Positions 48,486 through 59,072 of a DNA stretch of 64,000 bases are shown piece after piece. Source of the stretch: Acidobacteriota bacterium. GTDB lineage: Bacteria > Acidobacteriota > Terriglobia > Terriglobales > Acidobacteriaceae. The notes beneath the pieces are model-generated. The model was given only the letters and a program-made list of their open reading frames with translations, searched no databases and was not told the origin of the DNA. Numbering within the stretch: the first letter of the stretch is position 1; every line of letters begins with the position of its first letter. Where the stretch lies: the NCBI GenBank assembly GCA_031296105.1, contig JARLGJ010000039.1:52981-116980 (forward strand), written 5' to 3'. The position numbers were made by a program, and so were the translations under genes.

Positions 48486-49628
48486 CTACGCCAGCAGCGC
48501 CGTCACCTTGGGCATCCAGTCGCTGATGGCAATGCTCTGCGGACACTTCTCCAGGCACTCGCCGCACTCGATGCAGGAGCCCGAGCGCTCGTCGGCCGAG
48601 AGGAACACCGAATACTTGAAGCGCGCGCCCTTTACGTCGTCAAACAGGTGTGCGTAGTTGAAGTAATCGAAGTTGTCGGGAATCTTCACTCCGTTGGGAC
48701 ACGGCATGCAGTAGCCGCACTTGGTGCACGGCACCACGGTGCGCGTGCGGTAATACTCTCGGACCTTGGCAATCAGTTCATGGTCCGCCGCGGTAAACGA
48801 GCCCGTCGCGGCATGGGAAGCCGACACCAGGTTTTCTTCCACCTGCGGCAGGGCGGACATGCCGCTGAGCACCACGGAGACTTCCGGCTGATCCCACAGC
48901 CACTGCAAAGCCCAGTCGGCAGCCGAGCGCTGCACCTTCTGCGCGGCCATCATGCCTAGCACGGGTTGCGGAGGATCGGCCAAACGCCCGCCCAGCAAAG
49001 GCTCCATCACCACCACGGCCAGGCCTTTGGACGCCGCCAACTTCAACCCGCGCGTGCCGGCCTGGTTCTCAATGTCCATGTAGTTGTACTGAATCTGGCA
49101 GAAGTCCCAAAGGTCGCAGCCGTTGACGATCTCCGCGAAGATCTCATGCGTGTCGTGCATGGAGAATCCGAGGTGGCGAATGCGGCCGTCGGCCAGAGCG
49201 GCCTTGGCCTTCTCCAGCATGTTGTACTTGGGCACCAGGTTGCGCCAGCGATGCTGATTCAGCGAGTGCAGCAGGTAAAAGTCGATGTGATCGGTCTGGA
49301 GCTTGCGCAACTGGTCGTTGAGGATGCGGTCGAAGTCCTCGGGCTTTTCCACCTGCCACACGGGCAGCTTGGTAGCCAACTTTACCCGCTCGCGATAGCC
49401 GTCGCGCAGGGCCTTGCCGAGCAAAGTTTCACTGGCTCCGCTGTGGTAGGGATACGCCGTATCGCAGTAGTTCACCCCGCCGTCGATGGCGCGGCGAATC
49501 ATCCCGATCGCTTCGTCCTCCACAATGTTCGGGCTCAAACGCTCGCCGTCTGAAACCGGCAGCCTCATGCAGCCAAAACCCAGCGCGGAAACCTGAAAAT
49601 CCAACCTGCCAAAATTGCGATATTGCAT
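48486..49628 (-). CDS. aldo/keto reductase fused to a C-terminal 4Fe-4S ferredoxin-type domain
   Basis: The preferred start is the ATG at 49628 (MQYRNFGRLDFQVSALGFGCMRL). The C-terminal Cys clusters are CTKCGYCMPCP and CIECGECLEKCP. Confidence 0.8.
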   Translation of the reverse strand: MQYRNFGRLDFQVSALGFGCMRLPVSDGERLSPNIVEDEAIGMIRRAIDGGVNYCDTAYPYHSGASETLLGKALRDGYRERVKLATKLPVWQVEKPEDFDRILNDQLRKLQTDHIDFYLLHSLNQHRWRNLVPKYNMLEKAKAALADGRIRHLGFSMHDTHEIFAEIVNGCDLWDFCQIQYNYMDIENQAGTRGLKLAASKGLAVVVMEPLLGGRLADPPQPVLGMMAAQKVQRSAADWALQWLWDQPEVSVVLSGMSALPQVEENLVSASHAATGSFTAADHELIAKVREYYRTRTVVPCTKCGYCMPCPNGVKIPDNFDYFNYAHLFDDVKGARFKYSVFLSADERSGSCIECGECLEKCPQSIAISDWMPKVTALLA

Positions 49629-49723
49629 TGCGCCCCCAGAATTACGAAACGTCTTGTCCCGATATGATCGTATCGCATCCAGGGGCGCGATTCCATGCAA
49701 AGCGCGCCATCGCCAAGGTGAAG

Positions 49724-51067
49724 CTACTCCTTGGCCTCCAGCAGCTCTTCCGCCGTGCACACGTCCACCAGTCCGCGGCAGCCGTAAAGTACCGGCAGGA
49801 CTTTTTCCGGAGCATACTTCCGGCGCCACTCGGCAACCTTGTCGGTGCCAGTGCGGTAGGCGGGCAGGTACATGCGTCCCAGCAGCGGGTGACGGCCCCA
49901 GGCTCCGCTCAACTTGTCGGCCCGTTCCAGGCTCACCAGAAAATCGTTTCGCAGCACCTTCGCGACCTCCGGCTGCGGCATGCCTTGTCCCCAGGTGAGG
50001 TAGCTGGACTGATTCTTGGCGTCGTCCTGCAAGAGCGCCAACAGCGCGCCGATCTGCATGTCCTCGTCGGGAAGCTGATCGAGCTCGGTGACGCCGTGCG
50101 CTATGAGGATGGCATTGTTGGCGATGCCTTCGAAGAGGGCCGCGGCGCGCGTGTTCATCGTCAGCACCGTGCCTTCAAAACCCACCAGCCCGCGCAGCGC
50201 GAGATTTTGCAGGTAGGCAAAGGTGGTCACGTGCCCCGGCACAACCTCGTGGCTGATGAGCTGGTAGAACTCCGGCACCGAAATTTGCAGCGAGGCATTG
50301 ATCTCATACGTCGCCTCGTACTGCGGCGAGCCATCCTGGTTGCGCGCGCGGCCCACGTAATTCATCGAGCCGGAAAACCACGCGTCCTTGATGGGCAGAA
50401 AGTCGATGTTGGCGCGCGGCACCACGGCCAGTTCCTTCGGCAAATATTGCTTCAGATGCTGCTCGCTGTGCTGATCGAAGTAGGCGATGACCGCCGAACT
50501 GAGCGTGCGCACGCTGGCCATGGGCGTCACCCGCGCGGCGCGCCAGGCATCCACGGCCTCCAGCAGGCTGGCCGCGTCGTGCGAAGGATGTCCCGCACGT
50601 GCCAGCAGCTCGGCCACGCGCTCACGCTTGGCCTGCGGCGCGCTCGGCTCCGGCTTGCGCCCGGTGGAGGCCAGCACGCAGCGCTCGTACTCCACTTTTT
50701 CGCCCTCGCCGATCATCTCCAGCGCCAGATCGAACATCACCTGCACGCTTACCGAGAGTCCCGCGAGATACTTGCCGCGCAGGCCGCCAATCTTCAGCGC
50801 CTCGCGCTTCAAGCCCTCGATGGCCGCGGGCATATCGACTTCCTTCAAATAGGCCGCGATGGTCACGCGGTCGATCTGCTTGGCGCCGACGCCGCCCGTC
50901 TCGCGCACCTTTTGCGCCGAAGAAGCGGTGTAGGCGTGCGGCAGCGGCTCGTCACTGAACCAGGAGTCGGCGATAAAGCGTCCAGTGCCGGAGGGGCACA
51001 TCACGTCTCCGCCCCACAGAGTGTCGATACCAAGGATGGCGTCGGCTACAAATTGATTCAAACTCAT
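49724..51067 (-). CDS. DUF885-like putative metallopeptidase
   Basis: The preferred start is the ATG at 51067 (MSLNQFVADAILG...). The longer track ORF overlaps the OPT gene. It has a HEVVPGH (HExxxGH-like) motif. The start lies 2 nt after the OPT stop codon. Confidence 0.6.
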   Translation of the reverse strand: MSLNQFVADAILGIDTLWGGDVMCPSGTGRFIADSWFSDEPLPHAYTASSAQKVRETGGVGAKQIDRVTIAAYLKEVDMPAAIEGLKREALKIGGLRGKYLAGLSVSVQVMFDLALEMIGEGEKVEYERCVLASTGRKPEPSAPQAKRERVAELLARAGHPSHDAASLLEAVDAWRAARVTPMASVRTLSSAVIAYFDQHSEQHLKQYLPKELAVVPRANIDFLPIKDAWFSGSMNYVGRARNQDGSPQYEATYEINASLQISVPEFYQLISHEVVPGHVTTFAYLQNLALRGLVGFEGTVLTMNTRAAALFEGIANNAILIAHGVTELDQLPDEDMQIGALLALLQDDAKNQSSYLTWGQGMPQPEVAKVLRNDFLVSLERADKLSGAWGRHPLLGRMYLPAYRTGTDKVAEWRRKYAPEKVLPVLYGCRGLVDVCTAEELLEAKE

Positions 51068-51069
51068 CG

Positions 51070-53070
51070 TTAGCTCTCCTTCTTCTTCTTCAGCGACCCG
51101 AACCACACATAGCCACACAAGGCCAGGAACATGACGGTCGAGACCACCTCCGACACTGGCAGGTTGTCGTAGAACGGCAGGTGGACAAGGCTCTCCTTGT
51201 ACCAGGGGAAGAGGCGCAGGGCCGCGCCAAAGACTCCGCCCAGCGCGCCGCCGGCCATCAAGCCGCTGGCGATGATGACGCCGCGCTCGCGAATGCGGCT
51301 GCCCGCCTCGCCTCCGGCGGCTTCGCTCCGCTTGTTCAGCAGGTGCGAGAGGAAGCCGCCCACCAGCGCCGGAGTGTTCAACTCCAGCGGCAAGTACATG
51401 CCCAGGGCGAAGATCAGAGAGGGCTGGCCCAGCATTTCCAGCGCGATGGTGATCATGGAGCCGACGCCGAACAGCACGTAAGCCACCGGCTGACGGCTCA
51501 TGAAGCCCTCCACCAAGGCCTTCATGATGGAGGCCTGCGGAGAAGCCAGTACCGGTCGCAGATCGCCCACGGCGGCCTCGCCAAACTGGAAGGTGTGCGC
51601 CAGCATGGCGATGGTCAATCCGGCGGCGGAAGCAGCGGCAATTACGCCGAGGAACTTCATCTTCTCCTGCGCCGAGGGCGTGGAGCCAATCCAATAGCCA
51701 GCCTTCAAATCCGTGATGCTCTGTCCGCTTACCGACAACGCCGTGCACACCATTCCGGCAATGGCCATGACGAAAAACATGCCCGTGGTACCCGAAAGTC
51801 CAAAGCGCAATAGCACCACCGAAGAAATGATGATGGTCAGCATCGTCATGCCGCTGACGGGATTGCGCGCCGTGGTGGCAATGGCATTGGCCGCCACCGA
51901 GGCGAAGAAGAAGCTGAAGACCAGCGTAAGCCCCAGCCCCAGCGCCAGCACCGTCCAGGAGACCTTGAGGCTGCCCAGCAGCAACGCCACCAGAATGGCG
52001 CTGACGACCACGCCGGCCAGGATGGTGATCATCGGCAGGTCGCGGTCGGTGCGCACCGTGCTCTTGTCCTCGCCGCGGGTAAAGGTGCGCAGGGCGATGG
52101 CAAACGAACTGCCCACAATCTTCAGGCTCTTGGCAATGCCGAAGATGCCGGCGGTGGCGATGGCTCCCACGCCGATGAAGCGCACATATTTGCTGTAGAT
52201 CTGCGCCGCGGTCATGGCGGCGATGGGAATGTTGCCCGGATACACCGGCCCGGCGGCGTGTTGCCCCACATTAAAGACCAGCGGCACCTGCCCGAGGTTG
52301 GTCATTACGCCGCCGGCACAGAGAATGAGCGAGCTGCGCAGCCCCATCACGTACCCCAGGCCGAGGATGAAGCTGATGGCGTCAAAGCTGAGGGTGAAGC
52401 GCGCCCTCTCATTCAGCGTCCGTACAATCGGCACCCACTGGAAGCTGACAAACTCCTTCCATACCTGAAAGGTGGTGACAAAGAAATCGTAGATGCCGGA
52501 GATGAGCGTGGCCTGCAACAGCAGTTGCGCCTGCGAGCCGCCTTTTTCGCCCGTCACCAAGACCTCGGTGATGGCCGTGGCTTCGGGATAGGGCAGCTTG
52601 CCGTGCATGTCGCGCACAAAGTAGCGGCGCAAGGGGATCAGGAACAGCACGCCGAGGCATCCGCCTGACAGGCAGATAAAGATGGTCTGCACCGGACGCG
52701 GATCGAGCTTGAGAATGTACAACGCGGGCAGGGTAAAGATGGCTCCGGCGACAACGGCTCCCGCGCCGCCGCCGATGCCGGTGATGATGACGTTCTCCAG
52801 CACCGAGGAGCGGCGCGCATAGACCCGGGCCAAGCCGATGGCGAGGATTGAGATCGGAATCGCCGCTTCCATCACCTGGCCGACCTTCAATCCCGAGTAG
52901 GCGGAGGCCACCGTGAACAACACGCATAAAAAAGTGCCCCATGCAATGGAGCGCCATGTTAATTCGGGCTCGTTTGCCTGGGGCGGAATGATCGGTTGAT
53001 AGCTTTCATTGGCTGCCAGCGGCTTGTAGGCATTTGCCGGCAGGGATTTGGTTTCGGCTTCCATGGCCAT
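51070..53070 (-). CDS. OPT-family oligopeptide transporter
   Basis: 666 aa and polytopic. The N-terminal region ELTWRSIAWGTFLCVLFTVASAYSGLKVGQ is typical of bacterial OPT proteins. Confidence 0.8.
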   Translation of the reverse strand: MAMEAETKSLPANAYKPLAANESYQPIIPPQANEPELTWRSIAWGTFLCVLFTVASAYSGLKVGQVMEAAIPISILAIGLARVYARRSSVLENVIITGIGGGAGAVVAGAIFTLPALYILKLDPRPVQTIFICLSGGCLGVLFLIPLRRYFVRDMHGKLPYPEATAITEVLVTGEKGGSQAQLLLQATLISGIYDFFVTTFQVWKEFVSFQWVPIVRTLNERARFTLSFDAISFILGLGYVMGLRSSLILCAGGVMTNLGQVPLVFNVGQHAAGPVYPGNIPIAAMTAAQIYSKYVRFIGVGAIATAGIFGIAKSLKIVGSSFAIALRTFTRGEDKSTVRTDRDLPMITILAGVVVSAILVALLLGSLKVSWTVLALGLGLTLVFSFFFASVAANAIATTARNPVSGMTMLTIIISSVVLLRFGLSGTTGMFFVMAIAGMVCTALSVSGQSITDLKAGYWIGSTPSAQEKMKFLGVIAAASAAGLTIAMLAHTFQFGEAAVGDLRPVLASPQASIMKALVEGFMSRQPVAYVLFGVGSMITIALEMLGQPSLIFALGMYLPLELNTPALVGGFLSHLLNKRSEAAGGEAGSRIRERGVIIASGLMAGGALGGVFGAALRLFPWYKESLVHLPFYDNLPVSEVVSTVMFLALCGYVWFGSLKKKKES

Positions 53071-53225
53071 GAACGGAACCTTTCCCGGATACAGTACGAA
53101 TCTCGTGCGCTTACAGCAGTGACCCGGCGCACGCCGCCGGGTTCACTGGTCCTGCCTTCGAATTACGGTCTTGCGCCCTGATCTACCCCTGCTCTTAAGA
53201 GTCTATGTATGGGTAGACTTCGCAA

Positions 53226-53383
53226 GGGCACGACTTCAGTCGTGCCGTCCATCGTCGAGACTACTCGCGGCTTCAGCCGCTGGGGCCTGTCCCTCAACAG
53301 TCGAAGAACCTTGCCTCAGGGTCTGAAGCCCCTGTAATTATGCTGCGTTTCGGCACGGCTAAAGCCGTGCCCTTACAAAACCC
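53226..53383 (+). repeat. four-hairpin intergenic module, copy 3
   Basis: GGCACGAC-ttca-GTCGTGCC ... GCGGC-ttca-GCCGC ... a CAGGGtCTGAAGCCCCTG segment ... GGCACGGC-taaa-GCCGTGCC-CTTACAAAACC. Confidence 0.85.
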
Positions 53384-53440
53384 TCTTGCGAATCGTTCAG
53401 GCGCCGGTTACCCACTGAGCAAGACTCGCCCAGAGCGTCC

Positions 53441-55168
53441 TTAAATCGCAAACACCGCGCCGGTATCGGCCGAGGTGGCAAAGTGCGCGTAGCGCGCCAG
53501 CCAGCCGCGCTTCACCTTCGGCTCAAACTTCGGCAGCGCCGCCAGCCGCTTGGCGATTTCCTCGCCACCCACCTTCAGCGTGATCTCGCAGGTCTTGGCG
53601 TTGATGTAGATGTGGTCGCCCGTCTGCACCGCGGCAATCGGTCCGCCAGCCGCCGCCTCGGGAGAGACGTGACCAATGCACAGGCCGCGCGTGCCGCCCG
53701 AGAAGCGTCCGTCGGTGATGAGCGCCGCCTTGACGCCCGCTCCCACCAGGGCCGCTGTCGGCGAAAGCATCTCCTGCATACCGGGACCGCCGCGCGGGCC
53801 TTCGTAGCGGATCACGACCACGTCGCCGTCCTGCACCTCGCGCGCCAGAATGCCGCGCAGGGCGTCCTCCTGCGACTCGTAAATACGCGCCGGACCCTCA
53901 AACTCCATCATCTCCGGCTGCACGCCGGCCACCTTCACCACCGAGCCCTGCGGCGCCAGGTTGCCAAACAGCACGGCCAGGCCGCCACTGGTGTAGAAAG
54001 GCTTTCCTACCGTGCGGATGATGTCTCCGTCGGCGGCCGGAGCGGCTTCTACCGCGTCCCTCAGCGTGCCCCACACCGTCGGCCGGTCCAGCTTCAGCAG
54101 GCTGCCCTCGGCGCGCGCCGCTTCCTTGAGAATGGCCGGAATACCGCCCACGCGATGCACATCTTCAATGTGAATCTCCGGACGGCTGGGCGAGACCTTG
54201 CAAATGCTGGGCGTGGCGCGGGAGATTTCGTTGAGCCGCTGCAGGTCGAAGGGAATGCCCGCTGAATAGGCCAGCGCCAGCGTGTGCAGAACCGTGTTGC
54301 TGGACCCGCCCATGGCCATGTCCAGCACCAGAGCGTTGGTCAGCGACTGCTCGGTGATCAGGTCCAGCGGCAGAATCTTCTCTTCAATGACGCGCTTCAG
54401 CGTCCGTGCCGCCTGCTTCGTCAGTTCCACGCGCGCGGGGTTCAGCTCGGTCTTGGTGAATGTGTTGTCCGTCCAGCGCTCGGCGGTGATGGTGCCAGTG
54501 CCGGGCAGAGAAACGCCCAAGGCCTCGCCCAGGCAGTTCATCGAGTTGGCGGTGAACATGCCTGCACAGCTTCCGCATCCGGGACAGGCCTTCTCCGCCA
54601 GGTTGCGCAGCTCGCCGTCGTTCATCTTGCCTACGCTGTGCTTGCCCACGGCCTCAAAGACCGTAATCAGGTCGCTGCTGCCTGGGCCGGCCAGCATGGG
54701 ACCGCCCGAGAGATAGACGGCGGGAATGTTCATGCGCGCCATGGCGTTGTACATGGCCGGCACAATCTTGTCGCAGTTGCCAATGCCGATCCATCCGTCG
54801 CACGGATGCGCGCCGAGGATGGTCTCGATCTGGTCGGTGATCAGCTCGCGCGAGGCCAGAGAGTACTTCATCCCAAAGTGGCCCATGGCGATACCGTCGC
54901 ACACGGCGCCGCCTACGTTGGTGTACCACACGTTGAAGCCCAGCGCCTGCAGCTCCTCGCGGACGATGGCGCCGATCTTATCCAGGTGCGCGTGGCCCGG
55001 AATCTGCGTCGTATAGGAATTGATGATCGTGACGAACGGCTTGCGGAGGTCGTCAAAACTCTCGATCAGGCCTTCGGCCTTCATCAGTGAAGCCGCGGGC
55101 AGCATGTGTGCGCCCTCGGCCAGAATGCGGCTGCCACGTTTGCGTAATTCCTCAATCCCTTTGTTCAT
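53441..55168 (-). CDS. ilvD: dihydroxy-acid dehydratase
   Basis: 575 aa. [27 protein letters not shown] and [22 protein letters not shown] are present. Confidence 0.95.
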   Translation of the reverse strand: MNKGIEELRKRGSRILAEGAHMLPAASLMKAEGLIESFDDLRKPFVTIINSYTTQIPGHAHLDKIGAIVREELQALGFNVWYTNVGGAVCDGIAMGHFGMKYSLASRELITDQIETILGAHPCDGWIGIGNCDKIVPAMYNAMARMNIPAVYLSGGPMLAGPGSSDLITVFEAVGKHSVGKMNDGELRNLAEKACPGCGSCAGMFTANSMNCLGEALGVSLPGTGTITAERWTDNTFTKTELNPARVELTKQAARTLKRVIEEKILPLDLITEQSLTNALVLDMAMGGSSNTVLHTLALAYSAGIPFDLQRLNEISRATPSICKVSPSRPEIHIEDVHRVGGIPAILKEAARAEGSLLKLDRPTVWGTLRDAVEAAPAADGDIIRTVGKPFYTSGGLAVLFGNLAPQGSVVKVAGVQPEMMEFEGPARIYESQEDALRGILAREVQDGDVVVIRYEGPRGGPGMQEMLSPTAALVGAGVKAALITDGRFSGGTRGLCIGHVSPEAAAGGPIAAVQTGDHIYINAKTCEITLKVGGEEIAKRLAALPKFEPKVKRGWLARYAHFATSADTGAVFAI

Positions 55169-55422
55169 GCTGAACAGTTTACTTGAGGTTGCCCCCTGGC
55201 GGGTATAGCGCCCGCTTGTTTCCAGCCCCGGAACGACTGAAGATAGGGCGAATAAAGCTGTACAATTTTCCCTTATCTTGAGTACCCTGTTGATATCGGC
55301 ATAGCCCAGACGAACCGCCCCCGCTGCAGCGGGACGTCTCCAGCTATTAAGGAATCAATCTACAGGGATGAGGGAAAGCGTAGGCGACTGGTCCAGTAAG
55401 ACCGGCTACCGACGAATACGTT

Positions 55423-57738
55423 ATGGCAACCAGTTCCGGAAATCTGAATCCTGCGACGGACGGCGGCAAGCGCCCCGCGATCAAGGTCTTCGTCGCCACC
55501 ACCGTCATGCTGAGCTTTATCAGCTTCTGGCGGGCAGCGGCCATCGTGCTCAGCGACCTTGCGTCGTCGGCCTACTACGTGGGCGGCGACGCCGAGAACG
55601 TCATCGGCAAAAGCGCCCCGTGGTTCGTGCTGGCCGTCATGCTGTTCAGCTATGCCGTACGCTCGCTCTATATCGAGTCCAGCACCATGTTTGTGCGCGG
55701 CGGCGTGTATCGCGTCGTCAAGGAGGCCATGGGCGGCTCGCTGGCCAAGCTCTCGGTCTCCGCCCTGCTCTTCGACTACGTGCTCACCGGCCCCATCAGC
55801 GCCGTCTCCGCCGGACAATACCTGGCAGGATTCATCAACGACGTCGCCATTCGGCTTGGACATCCGGTGAACCTGACCGGCAACGCCGGAAACTACTTCT
55901 CCGCCGCCTTCGCCGTGCTGGTGACCTTGTACTTCTGGTGGCAAAACATTCTGGGCATGCATGAATCCAGCGAAAAAGCGCTGCGCATCATGCAGATCAC
56001 CACCGTGATGGTCGTCCTGCTTATTGCCGGCTGCGTGGCAACTATCATCATGCACCCGGCAACGCGCCACCTGCCGCCCATGCCCACGGCGCACTCGATT
56101 CTGGCGGCGAACACCCTATCCAAGGGAGACACCCTCGGCTGGCTGTCACATCTGCCTTTCCTCGTCGCGCTGCCCTGGATCCTGATGCTGGTCGGCTTCG
56201 GCCACTCCGTGCTGGCCATGAGCGGCGAGGAATCCCTGGCCCAGGTGAATCGCGAAATCGAGCATCCCAAGCTGAAGAACCTGGAAAAAGCCGGCGCGGT
56301 CATCTTCCTCTATAGTTTGTTCTTCACATCGCTGGTCTCTTTCTTCGCCGTCATGATCATTCCGGACGCCAAGCGGCCGGAGTACTTTGCCAATCTCATC
56401 AGCGGCCTCTCCATGTACATGGTGGGTCCATACACGCTGCGCCTCGTCTTCCAGGGCTTTGTGGTGCTGGTGGGCGTACTGATTCTTTCCGGCGCCGTGA
56501 ACACCGCCATTGTCGGCGCCAACGGCGTGCTCAACCGCGTCAGCGAAGACGGCGTACTCACGCCCTGGTTCCGCAAGCCGCATGACCGCTTCGGCACCAC
56601 TCACCGCCTCATCAACACCATCGCTTTCCTGCAGTGCCTCACCATCGTGCTCAGCCGCGGCAACGTGTACCTGCTGGCCGCGCTGTATGCCTTCGGCGTC
56701 ATCTGGAGTTTTTCCTTCAAGTCGCTGGCCGTCCTGGTGCTGCGCTTCACCGAGCCCGGACATCGCGACTTCCGCGTTCCCCTCAACATCAGAATCGGCA
56801 AAATCGAAATTCCCATCGGCCTCGTGCTGATCACCCTCCTGCTGTTTGCCGTGGCCCTGATCAACCTGATGACCAAGCCGCTGGCAACTCAGGCAGGCAT
56901 TGGATTCTCCGTCTTCCTCTTTTTCGTTTTTACTATCTCCGAAAAGATCACCCACCGCCATCATGTGGGCGATGTACATGAGATGAAAGAGGAATTCCGC
57001 GTTGCCGAGCAGCCCCTGGTGGACCGCGAAGAGATGAAGGTGCGCCCCGGCGGCGTGCTGGTCGCCATCCGCGATCCGCGCAACCTGTACTACCTGCGCG
57101 AGGTGCTCAAGTCGGTGAACACCGTCAAGCAGGACGTCGTCGTGATGACGGCCCGCATCTTCCATCGCGAGCCCACCTTCACCGGAACCGAGCAGATGAA
57201 TGGCATCGAGCTCTTCGACGAATACGAGCAGCAGCTCTTCACCAAGGTCGTCGAGCTGGCCGAGAAGGAAGGCAAGCACGTCTCGCTGATGGTGGTGCCG
57301 TCGTCGAACGTCTTTGACGCCATTGTGCAGACCGCCGTGCGCCTCGACTCCACGCGCGTCGTCTGCGGCCTCTCCAACAAGCTCTCGCTCGACGAACAGG
57401 GCAAGCTCACTGGCGACGCCTGGGAGCGCCTGCCCGAGCCGCGCCCCAACCTTTCGCTGGAGATCTACTCGCCCGACGAGGTGCCGCACGAATACTTCCT
57501 CGGGCCGCACACGCCGCGCCTGCGCGAACAGGACTTGGAACTGCTGCACCACATCTGGCTGGAGGTCAGCGCCGAACCGGAGTTCGCCACCGTGCATCAC
57601 TACCACATCATTGGCATGGCCCTCGATCGTCTCAACGAGCGCCTGCACGGCCCGCAGCGTCAGGATATTCTGGAGCTGCTGAAGCAGAAAATGCGCAACT
57701 CAGCGGAGCAACAGACAAAGCCGCCTCCCTCCTGCTGA
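55423..57738 (+). CDS. APC-superfamily permease fused to a C-terminal universal-stress-protein-like domain
   Basis: 771 aa. About 12 TM segments are followed by VLVAIRDPRNLYYLREVLK...VVMTARIFH...SLMVVPSSNVFDAIVQTAVRLDSTRVVCG. Confidence 0.75.
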   Translation: MATSSGNLNPATDGGKRPAIKVFVATTVMLSFISFWRAAAIVLSDLASSAYYVGGDAENVIGKSAPWFVLAVMLFSYAVRSLYIESSTMFVRGGVYRVVKEAMGGSLAKLSVSALLFDYVLTGPISAVSAGQYLAGFINDVAIRLGHPVNLTGNAGNYFSAAFAVLVTLYFWWQNILGMHESSEKALRIMQITTVMVVLLIAGCVATIIMHPATRHLPPMPTAHSILAANTLSKGDTLGWLSHLPFLVALPWILMLVGFGHSVLAMSGEESLAQVNREIEHPKLKNLEKAGAVIFLYSLFFTSLVSFFAVMIIPDAKRPEYFANLISGLSMYMVGPYTLRLVFQGFVVLVGVLILSGAVNTAIVGANGVLNRVSEDGVLTPWFRKPHDRFGTTHRLINTIAFLQCLTIVLSRGNVYLLAALYAFGVIWSFSFKSLAVLVLRFTEPGHRDFRVPLNIRIGKIEIPIGLVLITLLLFAVALINLMTKPLATQAGIGFSVFLFFVFTISEKITHRHHVGDVHEMKEEFRVAEQPLVDREEMKVRPGGVLVAIRDPRNLYYLREVLKSVNTVKQDVVVMTARIFHREPTFTGTEQMNGIELFDEYEQQLFTKVVELAEKEGKHVSLMVVPSSNVFDAIVQTAVRLDSTRVVCGLSNKLSLDEQGKLTGDAWERLPEPRPNLSLEIYSPDEVPHEYFLGPHTPRLREQDLELLHHIWLEVSAEPEFATVHHYHIIGMALDRLNERLHGPQRQDILELLKQKMRNSAEQQTKPPPSC

Positions 57739-57760
57739 CGCGCGGCTGGCGACGCCGACG

Positions 57761-57790
57761 AAAAGCCGGGATCTTCAAGTCCCGGCTTTT
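57761..57790. terminator. bidirectional rho-independent terminator
   Basis: AAAAGCCGGGA-tcttcaag-TCCCGGCTTTT lies between convergent genes. Confidence 0.85.
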
Positions 57791-57806
57791 CGTGTCTGTA
57801 GTAAGT

Positions 57807-58721
57807 CTACTGCCCCGGCTTTTCTTCGGCGGAATGTCCCAAGCGAACCGATAGCGCGGCGGTCACGGTGTCCAGCGCATACGGAATGGAGCGGTTGTAA
57901 CTCACCTCCAGCCCAACCCGCCGGGTGGCCTGGTAACTCACGCTTCCAGTGTAGCCATGGTCTTCGGTCAGGCTGGCACCACCCTGCAAAAGATATTGGT
58001 TCAGCCGCTCGCCTCCCCCCAGGCGCGTACCCACGGGTAAAGCCGAGTTGCGGCTCACCGTGCGGCTATACAACTTCTGATCGCCAAAGGGGAGATCGTA
58101 GTAGCTCGAAGCGTCGAGGGCAAGACGCTTGCCCAGAGGTATGTTGAGTCCGGCGGCCATGGGGACCACATAACCGAGCGTGGTGTAGGAGCGGTGATAC
58201 TGCGTGCTGTCGGCCAAGGTGTTCGCCAGACCGAAGTCCACATACGCCGCAATGTTTTTACCCACTTCCAGATGGTTGGCCCAGTTCCAAGTGGCGCGTC
58301 CGGTGCTGATACCGCTGGCGGTGTCTCCAGTCGGAGCCGTTCCTTTTAAGGTGAGTTTGTAGCGCGCCGGCCCTGCTTTAAAGTTGCCGTAAAAAACGGC
58401 GTACATATCTCCCCACACCGCGGTGACGTTGCTGGTGGTGGTTGTCGTCACTCCGCGAACCGTGGTGGAGGAGGTGACGTGCGAGCCGGCCAGCGGATAA
58501 AACGGTGCGCCTAGTTCCACGGTGAAACGGCCCTGAAAATCTCTGCCAATGGCCGGGATGATTTGCATGGAATATCCGGCAGCGGAGTCGTGCGCGCCGA
58601 TGGTGGCAAAGTTGAAGTAGTAGCCGCGCGCGGAAAGAGGCGGCTCTGCCGCTGTAGATTGCGCCAGTAACGGCAGCGTGGACAACATGGCGAGCACGAG
58701 GATAAGTGTCTTGCGCTTCAT
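57807..58721 (-). CDS. putative outer-membrane beta-barrel protein
   Basis: The preferred start is the ATG at 58721 (MKRKTLILVLAMLSTLPLLAQS signal peptide) after AGGAG. It shows an alternating amphipathic pattern and is rich in Gly, Tyr and Thr. Confidence 0.55.
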   Translation of the reverse strand: MKRKTLILVLAMLSTLPLLAQSTAAEPPLSARGYYFNFATIGAHDSAAGYSMQIIPAIGRDFQGRFTVELGAPFYPLAGSHVTSSTTVRGVTTTTTSNVTAVWGDMYAVFYGNFKAGPARYKLTLKGTAPTGDTASGISTGRATWNWANHLEVGKNIAAYVDFGLANTLADSTQYHRSYTTLGYVVPMAAGLNIPLGKRLALDASSYYDLPFGDQKLYSRTVSRNSALPVGTRLGGGERLNQYLLQGGASLTEDHGYTGSVSYQATRRVGLEVSYNRSIPYALDTVTAALSVRLGHSAEEKPGQ

Positions 58722-58960
58722 GACAACTCCTGATGGAAATTTTTGCGGCTGCGGCGCGCCCCTTGAATCAAGGGCCGTGCAGAACGAGTACTTCCCCGTA
58801 CACCGCAACGGGGCACGCAATGTTGATATCACGCGGCCAACCGCCGGAAATGTATGGAAGTGTCCGTTTCGCGCGCAGCGCGCGCATCTCGACACTTCCT
58901 TACACACCGCGCGCGAAAACTCGTTTATGTTCTTCTCAGACGTAAGTGGCGCAAGCGAAG

Positions 58961-58991
58961 GGCACCTGGATGGGGATATTTTCCAGGTGCC
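58961..58991. repeat. perfect 10-bp inverted repeat GGCACCTGGA-n11-TCCAGGTGCC
   Basis: It lies between the isc terminator and the beta-barrel gene start. No U-run follows on either strand. Confidence 0.4.
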
Positions 58992-59019
58992 CATTTTCCA
59001 TGCCTGTAAGGGCGGCGGC

Positions 59020-59050
59020 AAAACAGAAAAGGCCCCCGCGCCGGGAGCCT
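59020..59050 (-). terminator. rho-independent terminator at the end of the isc operon
   Basis: The minus strand reads AGGCUCCCG-gcg-CGGGGGCCU followed by UUUCUGUUUU. Confidence 0.65.
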
Positions 59051-59072
59051 TGGTGAAAACCGCAGCCGGAAG

